64,000 nt of DNA, from the NCBI GenBank assembly GCA_963664225.1, contig OY760937.1, positions 896,001 to 960,000 on the forward strand, read 5' to 3'. This DNA comes from Verrucomicrobiia bacterium. GTDB lineage: Bacteria; Verrucomicrobiota; Verrucomicrobiia; Limisphaerales; UBA1319. Under the pieces are notes generated by a model. That model was not told the DNA's origin. It saw only the letters and a list, made by a program, of their open reading frames with translations, and did not search any database. Every line of letters begins with the position of its first letter. The first letter of the stretch is position 1. The translations under genes were made by a program, and so were the position numbers. Below are positions 49,137-58,308 of this stretch, piece after piece.

Positions 49137-50315
49137 ATGAAGCAAAAAACGTTCACAAAAAATCTCGAGCGCCTGCAACAGCAGCATCAGAAACTCATCC
49201 GGCAGCCGAATCGCGAGCGGAAATACGGCAACGGCATCTTTGACCGTTTCGAGAATCCTGTGCTCACGGCCGATCACACTCCTCTGACCTGGCGATATGA
49301 TCTCGATTTCAAAACAAATCCTTTCCTGATGACGCGGTTGGGCATCAATGCCGTGTTCAATGTCGGCGCGATGGAATGGAACGGCGGCATTGTTCTGGCG
49401 GCGCGCGTCGAGGGCTGGGATCGCAAATCATTTTTCGCCATCGCCGAGAGCCGCAACGGCGTGGAAGGATTCCATTTCTGGGATTACCCGGTGCGCATGC
49501 CGGAGTTTGACGACAAGGAAACCAATCTGTACGACATGCGACTGGTGCGTCACGAGGACGGCTGGATTTACGGGCTATTCTGCGCCGAGCGCCATGACGA
49601 TTCCAAACCAAACGATCTCTCCGCCGCCGTCGCGCGATGCGGCGTTGCGCGGACGAAGGACTTGATCAAATGGGACCGTCTGGCCGACTTGAAAACGAGC
49701 GCTCTACATCAGCGTAATTGCGTGCTGCATCCGGAATTTGTGAACGGCAAATACGCGTTCTATACGCGGCCCATGGCGGACTTCGCGGCGGCCGGTTCAG
49801 GCGACGGCATTGGCTGGGGCTTGTGTGACGATATCACCAGGGCGGTCATCAAGAAGGAAAGCATCATTGACCCGCGCTTTTATCACACCATCAAAGAGGG
49901 CAAGAACGGCCTCGGCCCCGCGCCCATCAAGACCGCAAAGGGCTGGCTCCATCTGGCCCACGGCGTGCGCACCACAGCGGTCGGAATGCGCTATGTGCTC
50001 TATCTGTTCCTCTGCGACCTGGAGGATCCATCGAAACTCATTAAAGCGCCCGGCGGTTATTTCATGGCGCCGGAGAATGACGAGAGGGTGGGGGATGTTT
50101 CGAACGTGCTTTTTTCGAACGGTTGGGTGGCGCGCAAGAATGGCGACGTGTTCATCTATTACGGTTCCTCCGACACGCGCACGCATGTGGCAAAGACCAC
50201 TGTGGATAAACTGCTGGATTACGTGCAGAACACGCCGGAAGACGGCATGCGTTCCAAGATTTGCGTGGACCAGCGGTGTCGGCTCATCGAGAAAAACCTG
50301 AAGTTGAAGGTTTGA
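49137..50315 (+). CDS. GH130 4-O-beta-D-mannosyl-D-glucose phosphorylase
   Basis: GIFDRFENPVLT, WRYDL...TNP, ARVEGWDRKSFF, YDMRL, QRN, YTRP, TIKE.KNG.GP, HGVR, RVGDVSNVLF. Confidence 0.93.
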   Translation: MKQKTFTKNLERLQQQHQKLIRQPNRERKYGNGIFDRFENPVLTADHTPLTWRYDLDFKTNPFLMTRLGINAVFNVGAMEWNGGIVLAARVEGWDRKSFFAIAESRNGVEGFHFWDYPVRMPEFDDKETNLYDMRLVRHEDGWIYGLFCAERHDDSKPNDLSAAVARCGVARTKDLIKWDRLADLKTSALHQRNCVLHPEFVNGKYAFYTRPMADFAAAGSGDGIGWGLCDDITRAVIKKESIIDPRFYHTIKEGKNGLGPAPIKTAKGWLHLAHGVRTTAVGMRYVLYLFLCDLEDPSKLIKAPGGYFMAPENDERVGDVSNVLFSNGWVARKNGDVFIYYGSSDTRTHVAKTTVDKLLDYVQNTPEDGMRSKICVDQRCRLIEKNLKLKV

Positions 50316-50557
50316 TCCGGCTATCGATGTGAACCGCCGGGCCTCTTACGCCCTGCGGTGTCGATCGTTTTTCAGCCGCGCAGACAATCCGATGGGTCGT
50401 CGCACCAAAATTGTTTTGCAGATTGATTGCCCGTTAGAAACGAGCTATTAATACAACAGAGTTTATCCGATGGGATAAAAATTCCAAAACGGCACGTGAA
50501 CGCCCCACTATCCGGGATGCGATCCGCCGCAAGACAACTCGAAAGGGGAGAAGCGAT

Positions 50558-51262
50558 ATGTCATTACAGAAGAAATTGACGGCAGAGTTCATCGGCACTT
50601 TGTGGCTTGTTTTGGGCGGCTGCGGAAGTGCCGTGCTGGCGGCTGGTTTTCCAAAAGTTGGCATCGGCCTGCTGGGCGTGGCCCTGGCCTTCGGTTTGAC
50701 GGTGCTGACCATGGCGTATGCCATCGGCCATATTTCTGGATGTCATCTAAACCCCGCTGTTTCCATCGGCTTGTGCGTCGGCAAGCGATTTCCGGCTTCT
50801 GAAGTACTGCCTTACATCGTCGCCCAGGTTCTGGGCGGAATTGCTGGCGCGGGCATATTGTATGTCATTGCCAGTGGTGGAGGCGGCTTCATCCTGAGCA
50901 GTGGTTTTGCCGCCAATGGATACGGGGAACATTCACCCGGATTTTACTCGATGGGGTCCGCGTTGGTGGCGGAAGTGGTGCTGACCTTCATGTTTCTCAT
51001 GATCATTCTGGGTTCCACCGACAAACGCGCGCCGCAGGGTTTCGCTCCAATAGCCATTGGTTTGGGATTAACTCTGATCCATCTGATTGGCATTCCAGTG
51101 ACGAATCTATCGGTCAATCCGGCTCGCAGCACTGGACCGGCGGTATTCGTGGGGGGATGGGCGCTGGCACAACTTTGGGCCTTCTGGATCGCTCCAATCG
51201 TGGGAGCAATTTTGGCCGGCGTGGTTTATCATTCGGCCTTCGAAGAAACGGAAAAATCCTAA
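50558..51262 (+). CDS. aqpZ: Aquaporin Z
   Basis: [39 protein letters not shown]. Confidence 0.97.
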   Translation: MSLQKKLTAEFIGTLWLVLGGCGSAVLAAGFPKVGIGLLGVALAFGLTVLTMAYAIGHISGCHLNPAVSIGLCVGKRFPASEVLPYIVAQVLGGIAGAGILYVIASGGGGFILSSGFAANGYGEHSPGFYSMGSALVAEVVLTFMFLMIILGSTDKRAPQGFAPIAIGLGLTLIHLIGIPVTNLSVNPARSTGPAVFVGGWALAQLWAFWIAPIVGAILAGVVYHSAFEETEKS

Positions 51263-51369
51263 AAGTGCTTTCGGCACTAGTCGGACTTGACTCCAGTGCA
51301 CGGCGCAAAGCCTGCGCAATAGAGACGGCGACGTCGGCTTGGGTTCGAAATGCCGTGGTTGGGCGGCGC

Positions 51370-52155
51370 CTATTTCACGGTCTTGGCGCGGCCCAGCCAC
51401 ATCAGGCCATCGGCAATCAGTTTGTTCTGTGTCGCATCCGACATGACTTCGGGCCCGTGTCCCATGTTCATATAGAGCATCCGGTAACGCGTGTTCGTCC
51501 ACACCACAGGCAGGTCGCCCTCTCTCAGGATATCCTTTTTGCCGAGCGGATAATTGGAGGGATCGAGCGTCAGCAGGACTTTGATGTCCTTGTTCAATCG
51601 CGGGCTGGGTTTCCAAAAATACCATTCGTTGGTGGGGGAGATGAATGAGCCAGGCAGGTTGCGGGTCACGGGATGCGTGGGGTCATCGACGGTGAGTTTG
51701 GCTGGCAATGCGGGCCAGTTGTTGCTGTAAAAGACCGAGTCCCCAAAAAACTCCACGAACCACGGCCATTGTGTGTCCTTGTCGTTGTAACCGGCCACAT
51801 GGAAACCGAGCCAGCCTCCGCCGCCAACCATGTAATCCTGAAACGCCTTTCGTTGCGCCGAGGTGTGAGGGAAGTCGTTGATCCAGATCACGACCCGGTA
51901 TTTTACGACATTGGTTGCGTTAAGAGCGTTCCAATTCGTTGTTGCATCCAGCGTGAAGTGTTCTTTTGCGGCAAGCTCGTTGAGGAAGACCAAAGCGGCC
52001 TTGGCAAACCTGGCGTGATCAGGTTCAACGGTGGTTGAATAGAAGGCGAGCGCGCCAAACTCAGTTGGATGGTCCTGCGCGCGTAGGTCCATCGCCATCG
52101 TAAATGCCACGACCAGCCCTGGGAGAATGCGGTAAAAGTGAGTGAGGATGGCCAT
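51370..52155 (-). CDS. Secreted ThuA-like (class I GATase-like fold) protein
   Basis: GGGWLGFH, HPVTRNLP, NEWY, PVVWTN, YMNMGHG. Confidence 0.85.
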   Translation of the reverse strand: MAILTHFYRILPGLVVAFTMAMDLRAQDHPTEFGALAFYSTTVEPDHARFAKAALVFLNELAAKEHFTLDATTNWNALNATNVVKYRVVIWINDFPHTSAQRKAFQDYMVGGGGWLGFHVAGYNDKDTQWPWFVEFFGDSVFYSNNWPALPAKLTVDDPTHPVTRNLPGSFISPTNEWYFWKPSPRLNKDIKVLLTLDPSNYPLGKKDILREGDLPVVWTNTRYRMLYMNMGHGPEVMSDATQNKLIADGLMWLGRAKTVK

Positions 52156-52159
52156 AAAA

Positions 52160-54103
52160 TTACCGGCCTCCGGCCCAATTGATCGCGTTGCGAAAGATGG
52201 TGGTGAACGACTTGTTCTCGAACAGGTCGGGGCCGTGGCCCATGAAGATATACAGGTTCCGGGCGGTCATGTGGTCATTCGTCCAGATCACCGGATGGTC
52301 CCCCATTTTGATATCGGACGATGGAGAGTACGAGGATTCGTCCACGCTGGCCAGCACGTGGACGTTCGGGCGCGGACTTTTGTCGTAGGTGTACCATTCC
52401 TCCCTGGGGATGACGAACGATTCGGGAACGTCCTTCATGCAGGGATGATTCCTGGCCTCCACGCGGACGGTCCCGGCGGCGAACTTCGGGATGTAGTTTT
52501 TGAATTTGATCCCACCCATGAAATCCGAAAACCAGGGCCACATGGGATAGCCGTCGAATTCACCCAGCAGCGTGGCGTGATGAAAGCCGATCCATCCGCC
52601 TTTGCCTTTTTCAATGTAGGACTTGAAGGCGGCCATTGCATCGGGTTTCCAGGTGTATGGAGGAAAATTGAGCTGGATGATGAGTTGGTAGTTCTCGAGC
52701 AACACCGAATTGATGGTGTCTGTGTTGGTGATGTAATCGACTTCAAATCCATCCGCCTGGCCACGTTCCTTGAGCCAGATTTTGGCGGCTTCGACGAAAG
52801 GCCCGTGCTGGCCTCCGGTTTCCGTAAGGATCAAGGCTTTGAGTTTTTGGGATCCAGCCAGGGGCTTCGAGTCAGGAGCTAACAGAGACTGAACAACGTT
52901 GGTGTTAACCCGGCAGTTCCCGGCCTTGAGATTCTCGACCAACTCGAACAATCCCTTGCTGGCAACCTCTTTCGAAGGCCGTTCGCCGGTTTTGTTCCAG
53001 AAATCGACGACTTTTTTGAAATCATCCGGTCGCGTGGCGGTCATGATACTGGTGCCCGAGCTGACTTTTTTGTAGGGCCACCAAGCCCAGCCAATGTGAT
53101 TCTTTTCAACGAGTCTGACGCACTCGCTGAACCATTGGGTGGTATTTTCACCGCTTTCCCCGAGCCAGAGGGGCATGTGGAACTTCTCGCGGAGATCGAG
53201 GAAGTGCGCGATGGCTGCCTGCGTATTCGGATTCCAGTATTTGTGGAAGCTCATCACCATGTTATCGTCCCATGGCCCGGGAAAACCGTTGTAATTATTT
53301 CCCCAGGCGTTGCCCTCAACGATGATGATGTGGTTGGTATCCACACTTCGAATGGCCTTTGTGATGGCCTGGTAGATTTCCCAAATGGGTTGGTTGGTGG
53401 CATCCTGTCTGCCGTTCTTGTCCTTGCCTTCAAAGGTCCAGTTGGGTTCGTTCAGCAAATCATAACCGCCAATCCATGGCTCGTTGGCATATCGCTCGGC
53501 CAGCTTATGCCATAGGGCAACGGTCTTCTGCTGGTTTTCGGCGCTTTCCCACAGGGAAGGTTTTGCCGGATCGTAATCAGAAATGTTGCCATCCTTGCCT
53601 TGACCCCCGGGAGAGGCATGCAGGTCCAGAATCAAATACATTTTGTTCGCCTTGCACCAGGCCAGGAGATTGTCGGTGAGAGTGAAACCATTGGTCAGCC
53701 AGGTGTTCTGTCCTTTAACCGGTTCGTTCTCCATGGGGAGGGTGAAGAGATTGTAGTGCATCGGCAGGCGGATGCTGTTGAAACCGGATTTCGCCAGAAG
53801 ATCGACATCCGGACGGGCCATGTGGTTTTGGAGCCAGAGCTGATAGAACCGGTCGCATTCCTCCCGGCCCACCAGATCGGTGATTCGTGCCTTGATGAGG
53901 TGCTGCATTCCTTCGTTTCTGATGCCGAGCATGTAGCCCTCCTGGAGCATCCAGCCGCCAAGCCCCATGCCACGCAGGATGACCTCCTTGCCCTGACCGT
54001 CCACAACTCGCGAATCTATGGCCCTGAGAAATCCGGCATCCTGGGCCTGGGACGTCGCCAGCAGGGATGCAAACAAAAAAAGCGAGACGGCGAATGAATT
54101 CAT
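52160..54103 (-). CDS. Secreted GH5 (cellulase-type) fused to a C-terminal ThuA domain
   Basis: LRGMGLGGWM.QEGYM, GFNSIRLP, ILDLHA.PGGQ, YDLLNEP, SFHKY, LWLGESGEN, WAWW; then GWIGFHHA...EEWY...MGHG. Confidence 0.88.
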   Translation of the reverse strand: MNSFAVSLFLFASLLATSQAQDAGFLRAIDSRVVDGQGKEVILRGMGLGGWMLQEGYMLGIRNEGMQHLIKARITDLVGREECDRFYQLWLQNHMARPDVDLLAKSGFNSIRLPMHYNLFTLPMENEPVKGQNTWLTNGFTLTDNLLAWCKANKMYLILDLHASPGGQGKDGNISDYDPAKPSLWESAENQQKTVALWHKLAERYANEPWIGGYDLLNEPNWTFEGKDKNGRQDATNQPIWEIYQAITKAIRSVDTNHIIIVEGNAWGNNYNGFPGPWDDNMVMSFHKYWNPNTQAAIAHFLDLREKFHMPLWLGESGENTTQWFSECVRLVEKNHIGWAWWPYKKVSSGTSIMTATRPDDFKKVVDFWNKTGERPSKEVASKGLFELVENLKAGNCRVNTNVVQSLLAPDSKPLAGSQKLKALILTETGGQHGPFVEAAKIWLKERGQADGFEVDYITNTDTINSVLLENYQLIIQLNFPPYTWKPDAMAAFKSYIEKGKGGWIGFHHATLLGEFDGYPMWPWFSDFMGGIKFKNYIPKFAAGTVRVEARNHPCMKDVPESFVIPREEWYTYDKSPRPNVHVLASVDESSYSPSSDIKMGDHPVIWTNDHMTARNLYIFMGHGPDLFENKSFTTIFRNAINWAGGR

Positions 54104-54318
54104 AAAGACACGTTTACTTGATTGCGCTTCCAGCATTCAAGCTTGAAAAGTCTCGTGCTCATAGCTGGTTTCGGTCGATTCGTTGCCGCTTCGGCACTTT
54201 GTGACGTGAGATCGTTCATGCTAAATATCCTCGTCATCGAAAAACGCAGGTGTCCGAACGCCCATGAAAATGCCGATTCACATTGAGTCAAATTGGGGCG
54301 GGCTTCGCCGCTGGTTAA

Positions 54319-54482
54319 ACCCGAAATCCGAAATAGGAACGGCCCATCTGACGCAACCATTTGGCCATCCATGGTTTGAAACCGGCTGTGGATTATTGAT
54401 TTAATACACCCTCGCCGATTGCAAATCATGGCTGCCTCAAAGCATTGCATCATCTTGACCCTTCTTATTTCGGATTTCGGGT
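54319..54482. mobile_element. 164-bp fold-back MITE-like element with 17-bp perfect TIRs and TAA direct repeats
   Basis: ACCCGAAATCCGAAATA (54319-54335) / TATTTCGGATTTCGGGT (54466-54482). The arms stay complementary up to the centre (about 60 of 81 positions by hand alignment). TAA lies at 54316-54318 and, once the intron is removed, immediately after (56458-56460). Confidence 0.7.
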
Positions 54483-56457
54483 GTGCGCCAGTGAAATTGG
54501 TAGCCTCGTGGGTGAAAGTCCCGCCGGTCGAATTAGACGGTTCACGACCGAAATGCAGCGTCCGGGACGAGGCCGTGAGGCCGAACCACAAGCGGGACGC
54601 TGAAAGAACTGTCGGGTCGTAACGAAAGTAAACCTCATCAAATGAGCTCCGAAACCGAAATAACCGGTAAGCCGAGCCGCTACCCGAACGGCGAAGGCAG
54701 AAACGCGGCGTCATCAAATCGTCAAATGGGCGCTGTTGATTCCGGCGGAGTCAGCGAGGGCGACACGACAGGAAGGGAAACCAAGGTAAGCTGGGAGATC
54801 TCTGGAGGCGGGGCGATAAAGCCTCAACCGCCGGTGCAAGGAGGAACACCCTCCGAGGCCGCACGGGCAGCCAGAGAAGTCGGAGTCTTCCATAGTAGCG
54901 AAGAAGCTGGGGCGACCAAAACCCCGGCGGAGCCAAGGGAAGGCACTTGGATCGAAGCGAATCAAAACAGCGAGGGACAGGGAGATGGCCTTGAGGGAGT
55001 GGAAACACTTTTTCAACGGATAACAACCCCGATAAAAGTTCAAAAGCTGCAGCGAGCGCTATATTGCAAAGCCAAGGCTGAGCCGAAGTATCGGTTTTAC
55101 AGCCTCTACGGAGAACTGCTGCGGAAGGACGTGCTGGAAACGGCAATGGCCTCCGTGGCGCACAACAATGGCGCGGCTGGGATCGACGGGCAGACATGCG
55201 ACGTCTATCTTGCCAGCGACGAAGCCTGGGACCAATGGCGGAACCAACTGCTGGAGGAGTTACGCACGAAGAAGTATCGGCCAAGCCCGGTGAAGCGTGT
55301 GTATATACCAAAAGGAGACGGGAAGCTGCGACCCCTGGGCATCCCGACAGTGAAAGACCGGGTGGTGCAGACAGCGGTGGTGATTGTATTGCTGCCGATT
55401 CTGGAAGCCGATAGTCATCCGAACAGTTACGCCTATCATCCCAAACGCAATGCCCACCAAGCAATGGAGGCGATCAAGAAGGCTACGCTGACAGGACGCG
55501 TCGAAGTTATAGACGCGGACTTAAGCGGGTATTTTGACAGCATTCCCCACAGGCGTTTGTTGCGCATAGTGGCCAAGCGGGTCAGCGATGGAACAATTCT
55601 CAAGCTGATCGCAGGATGGCTGCGCGCGCCCGTGAATGAACCGCAAAGCGACACAGGGAAAGGCGGGACAAAGGGGGGGCAAGGTCAGAATCGACGGGGG
55701 ACTCCGCAAGGCGGGGTTGTATCGCCGATTTTAGCCAATGCATACCTCAACCAGTTGGATTGGGAAGTCAACGAACGCTGCGAACTCAAACCCGTGATGG
55801 TGAGATACGCGGATGATTTCGTGATACTCGGACAGCCGGGGCAGGGACGGGAACTGATGGAACGACTGGAACGATGGCTGAAGCAACGCGAGTTAGTGCT
55901 CAACGAGAAGAAGACCCGCTTGGTGGACCTCCGCCAGGATGGCATCAAATTCTTGGGATTCGCGCTAACAATGCGACAGGGGAAGGGGAAATGGAAATAT
56001 CCGCATGTGGAACCCCATCCCAAGAGCCAGAAGAAGTTTCGAGACGGGATTCGGGAGAAACTCAACCGAAGCACGCTATGGCGTGATATCGGAGAGGTGA
56101 TTCCCGAGCTCAACAAGAAACTCAAAGGTTGGAAGGGTTACTTTCACTACGGGAACAGCACCAAGGTGATGGGCCAGATGAACGAATACGTCAGCAGCAA
56201 GTTACAACGATGGTTGTGGCGCAAACACGGATGTAGTCGGGCGCAATGGTCCACATACCCCAAGGAGGATCTCTATGAGCGTTATGGTTTATACCAAATG
56301 CCGGAATATGCGGCATGGAAACGATGACGTCGAAGCGATGCAACGTATGATCCCCGGAGAGCCGGATGCGGGAAAACCGCCTGTCCGGTTCGATGAGGGG
56401 CGAAATGCGACGGTCATTGGCCACGGCCATTCAATCCGTCCATTTCGCCTACTCTAC
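54483..56457 (+). mobile_element. Group II intron (IIB-type, bacterial class F-like), apparently complete
   Basis: 5' GTGCG; domain V GAGCCGGATGCGGGAAAACCGCCTGTCCGGTTC (AGC triad, from 56359); domain VI GGGCGAAATG...CATTTCGCCT-A-CTC with bulged A56451; 3' end CTAC. EBS1 ACCCGAA (54682-54688) pairs with exon TTCGGGT. Confidence 0.93.
54999..56327 (+). CDS. ltrA: Group II intron reverse transcriptase/maturase, no endonuclease domain
   Basis: RT0 KVQKLQRALYCKAK, GAAGIDG, RPLGIPTVKDRVVQ, DADLSGYFDSIPH, GTPQGGVVSPILAN, RYADDF, FLGF, X domain LNKKLKGWKGYF. The frame is open from 54642, but the real start is probably near GTG 54999. Confidence 0.95.
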   Translation: METLFQRITTPIKVQKLQRALYCKAKAEPKYRFYSLYGELLRKDVLETAMASVAHNNGAAGIDGQTCDVYLASDEAWDQWRNQLLEELRTKKYRPSPVKRVYIPKGDGKLRPLGIPTVKDRVVQTAVVIVLLPILEADSHPNSYAYHPKRNAHQAMEAIKKATLTGRVEVIDADLSGYFDSIPHRRLLRIVAKRVSDGTILKLIAGWLRAPVNEPQSDTGKGGTKGGQGQNRRGTPQGGVVSPILANAYLNQLDWEVNERCELKPVMVRYADDFVILGQPGQGRELMERLERWLKQRELVLNEKKTRLVDLRQDGIKFLGFALTMRQGKGKWKYPHVEPHPKSQKKFRDGIREKLNRSTLWRDIGEVIPELNKKLKGWKGYFHYGNSTKVMGQMNEYVSSKLQRWLWRKHGCSRAQWSTYPKEDLYERYGLYQMPEYAAWKR

Positions 56458-56537
56458 TAAATTGTGCTACTTATTGGCCAGATGGTTAAGGATTCAGCGG
56501 TCGCACTCTCTTATGATCTGCGCATTCAATTCGATTT

Positions 56538-58292
56538 ATGAAAACGACCGCCAGACTGACCGTTCTTGCCGCCGCGTTTGCGACGCTTTTGGCCTACGCC
56601 GCACCGCCAGGACTTGAAACAGCGGAACCTTCGCCGCTCTCGACTTTCTTCATCAATCCGACGCGGGTCGTGTGGCAAAGCGATGCTGGCGCGAAAAACG
56701 CCGGTTCCCTGTTAAAACCGCACGCCGGTCAGGCTGTGCTCAAGGAGCCGCAGCCCCCCTGTGTATTGAACGCCAGTTCCAATTCGTCCGCCGGTGTGTT
56801 GCTGGATTTCGGCAGGGAGCTACATGGTTATGTCGAATTGATCACGCCCATGATGTCTGAACAGGGCAAGCTGCGCCACGTGCGGATTCGTTTCGGTGAA
56901 TCCGTGAGCGAGGCCATGTCGGAGATCGGTGGCAAACAGAACGCCCAGAACGACCACGCCATACGGGATCAAGTGGTAACGCTGCCCTGGTTGGGCAAAA
57001 AGATGGTCGGCCCCAGTGGATTCCGGTTTGTGCGGATTGATAATCTGGACCCGCAACTCTCCGTGGAGCTCAGCCAGGTCCGTGCCGTGCTCCAGATTCG
57101 CGACATCCCACAGGTGGGTTCTTTCAAATGCGACGACGAACGGTTGAACCACATCTGGCAGGTTGGCGCCTACACAGCCCATCTCAACATGCAGGAATAT
57201 CTCTGGGACGGCATCAAGCGCGACCGGCTGGTGTGGATTGGGGACATGTATCCCGAAGTCAACACCATCGACGCCGTATTCGGTTTCAACGAAGTGGTGC
57301 CCCGCTCGCTCGATTTGACCCGGGAAGTCACCCCGGTGACCGAATGGATGAACGGCATTTCCAGCTATTCCATGTGGTGGGTGCTCATCCATGAGGATTT
57401 GTGGATGCACAACGGCAACCGCAAATATTTGGAGGAGCAAAAACCGTATCTCACCGCATTGCTCAAACGACTTGCGGCACTGATCGGACCGGACGGGAAA
57501 GAGCACATCGACGGCATGCGCTTTCTCGACTGGCCCAGTTCGCCCAACCAACAGGGTGTGACTGCCGGTTTGCAGGGATTGCTCGTGATGACACTGGAGA
57601 GCGGCGCGCGAATGATGACCACGCTTGGCGATGCAGTGACCGCAAAAGTCTGCACCGAAGCGGCTGATCGCGGACGCAAGGTCGTTCCCGATGTGAACAA
57701 GTCCAAGTCCGGCGCTGCGTTGCTTTCACTGGCCGGAATGATGGATGCGAAGCAAACCTCCGACACCGTGCTCAAAGTGGGCGGGGCAAAGGATATTTCC
57801 ACCTTTTACGGATTCTATGTCCTTCAGGCATTGGCAAAATCCGGCGACACCGATACCGCGCTGGATTTCGTTCGCACCTATTGGGGCGCGATGATCGATT
57901 TTGGCGCCACGACCTTTTGGGAGGATTTCAACCTGGAGTGGACCAACAACGCAGGGCGCATTGACGAGTTGGTGCCTGCGGGCAAGAAGGATATTCACGG
58001 CGATTACGGAGCCTATTGTTACATCGGATTTAGACACAGCCTGTGCCACGGTTGGGCGAGTGGTCCCACCGCGTGGCTGAGCCAGACGGTGCTTGGAGTG
58101 AAGCCGCTCGAACCGGGCTGCAAACGGGTGCGCATCGCGCCGCAATTGGGCAATTTGAAATGGGTTGAGGGAACGTATCCGACACCCCTTGGTCCGATTC
58201 ACGTCCGCCATGAACGGAAATCGGACGGCACCATCGCCTCGAAAATCGAAGCCCCAGCCGGTATTCAGGTCGATTCCGCAACCAATCTATAA
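56538..58292 (+). CDS. GH78 alpha-L-rhamnosidase (short form)
   Basis: Signal peptide; LLDFGRE, GFRFV, WDGIKRDRLVWIGD, GATTFWE, SLCHGWASGP, PTPLGPI. Confidence 0.92.
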   Translation: MKTTARLTVLAAAFATLLAYAAPPGLETAEPSPLSTFFINPTRVVWQSDAGAKNAGSLLKPHAGQAVLKEPQPPCVLNASSNSSAGVLLDFGRELHGYVELITPMMSEQGKLRHVRIRFGESVSEAMSEIGGKQNAQNDHAIRDQVVTLPWLGKKMVGPSGFRFVRIDNLDPQLSVELSQVRAVLQIRDIPQVGSFKCDDERLNHIWQVGAYTAHLNMQEYLWDGIKRDRLVWIGDMYPEVNTIDAVFGFNEVVPRSLDLTREVTPVTEWMNGISSYSMWWVLIHEDLWMHNGNRKYLEEQKPYLTALLKRLAALIGPDGKEHIDGMRFLDWPSSPNQQGVTAGLQGLLVMTLESGARMMTTLGDAVTAKVCTEAADRGRKVVPDVNKSKSGAALLSLAGMMDAKQTSDTVLKVGGAKDISTFYGFYVLQALAKSGDTDTALDFVRTYWGAMIDFGATTFWEDFNLEWTNNAGRIDELVPAGKKDIHGDYGAYCYIGFRHSLCHGWASGPTAWLSQTVLGVKPLEPGCKRVRIAPQLGNLKWVEGTYPTPLGPIHVRHERKSDGTIASKIEAPAGIQVDSATNL

Positions 58293-58308
58293 TTAGAATC
58301 ATCCAGAC

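Noticed and set aside
54642..54998. 119-aa N-terminal extension of the RT
   Set aside because: It overlaps ribozyme domains I-III, including the EBS sequences, and has no protein-like motifs; the open frame is probably incidental.
54999..56327. Retron, DGR or defence-associated RT
   Set aside because: It has RT0 and maturase X domains inside a complete group II ribozyme; no TR/VR pair or msr-msd was seen.
54314..56462. Integron attC site with a class C-attC intron (GTTAAAC / GT|TAAAT resemble GTTRRRY)
   Set aside because: The left end is not a proper RYYYAAC, and there is no integrase or cassette array. The intron has a full-length AGC-triad domain V and EBS2, unlike class C. The TIR plus TAA duplication fits a MITE better, although attC-like behaviour is not fully excluded.
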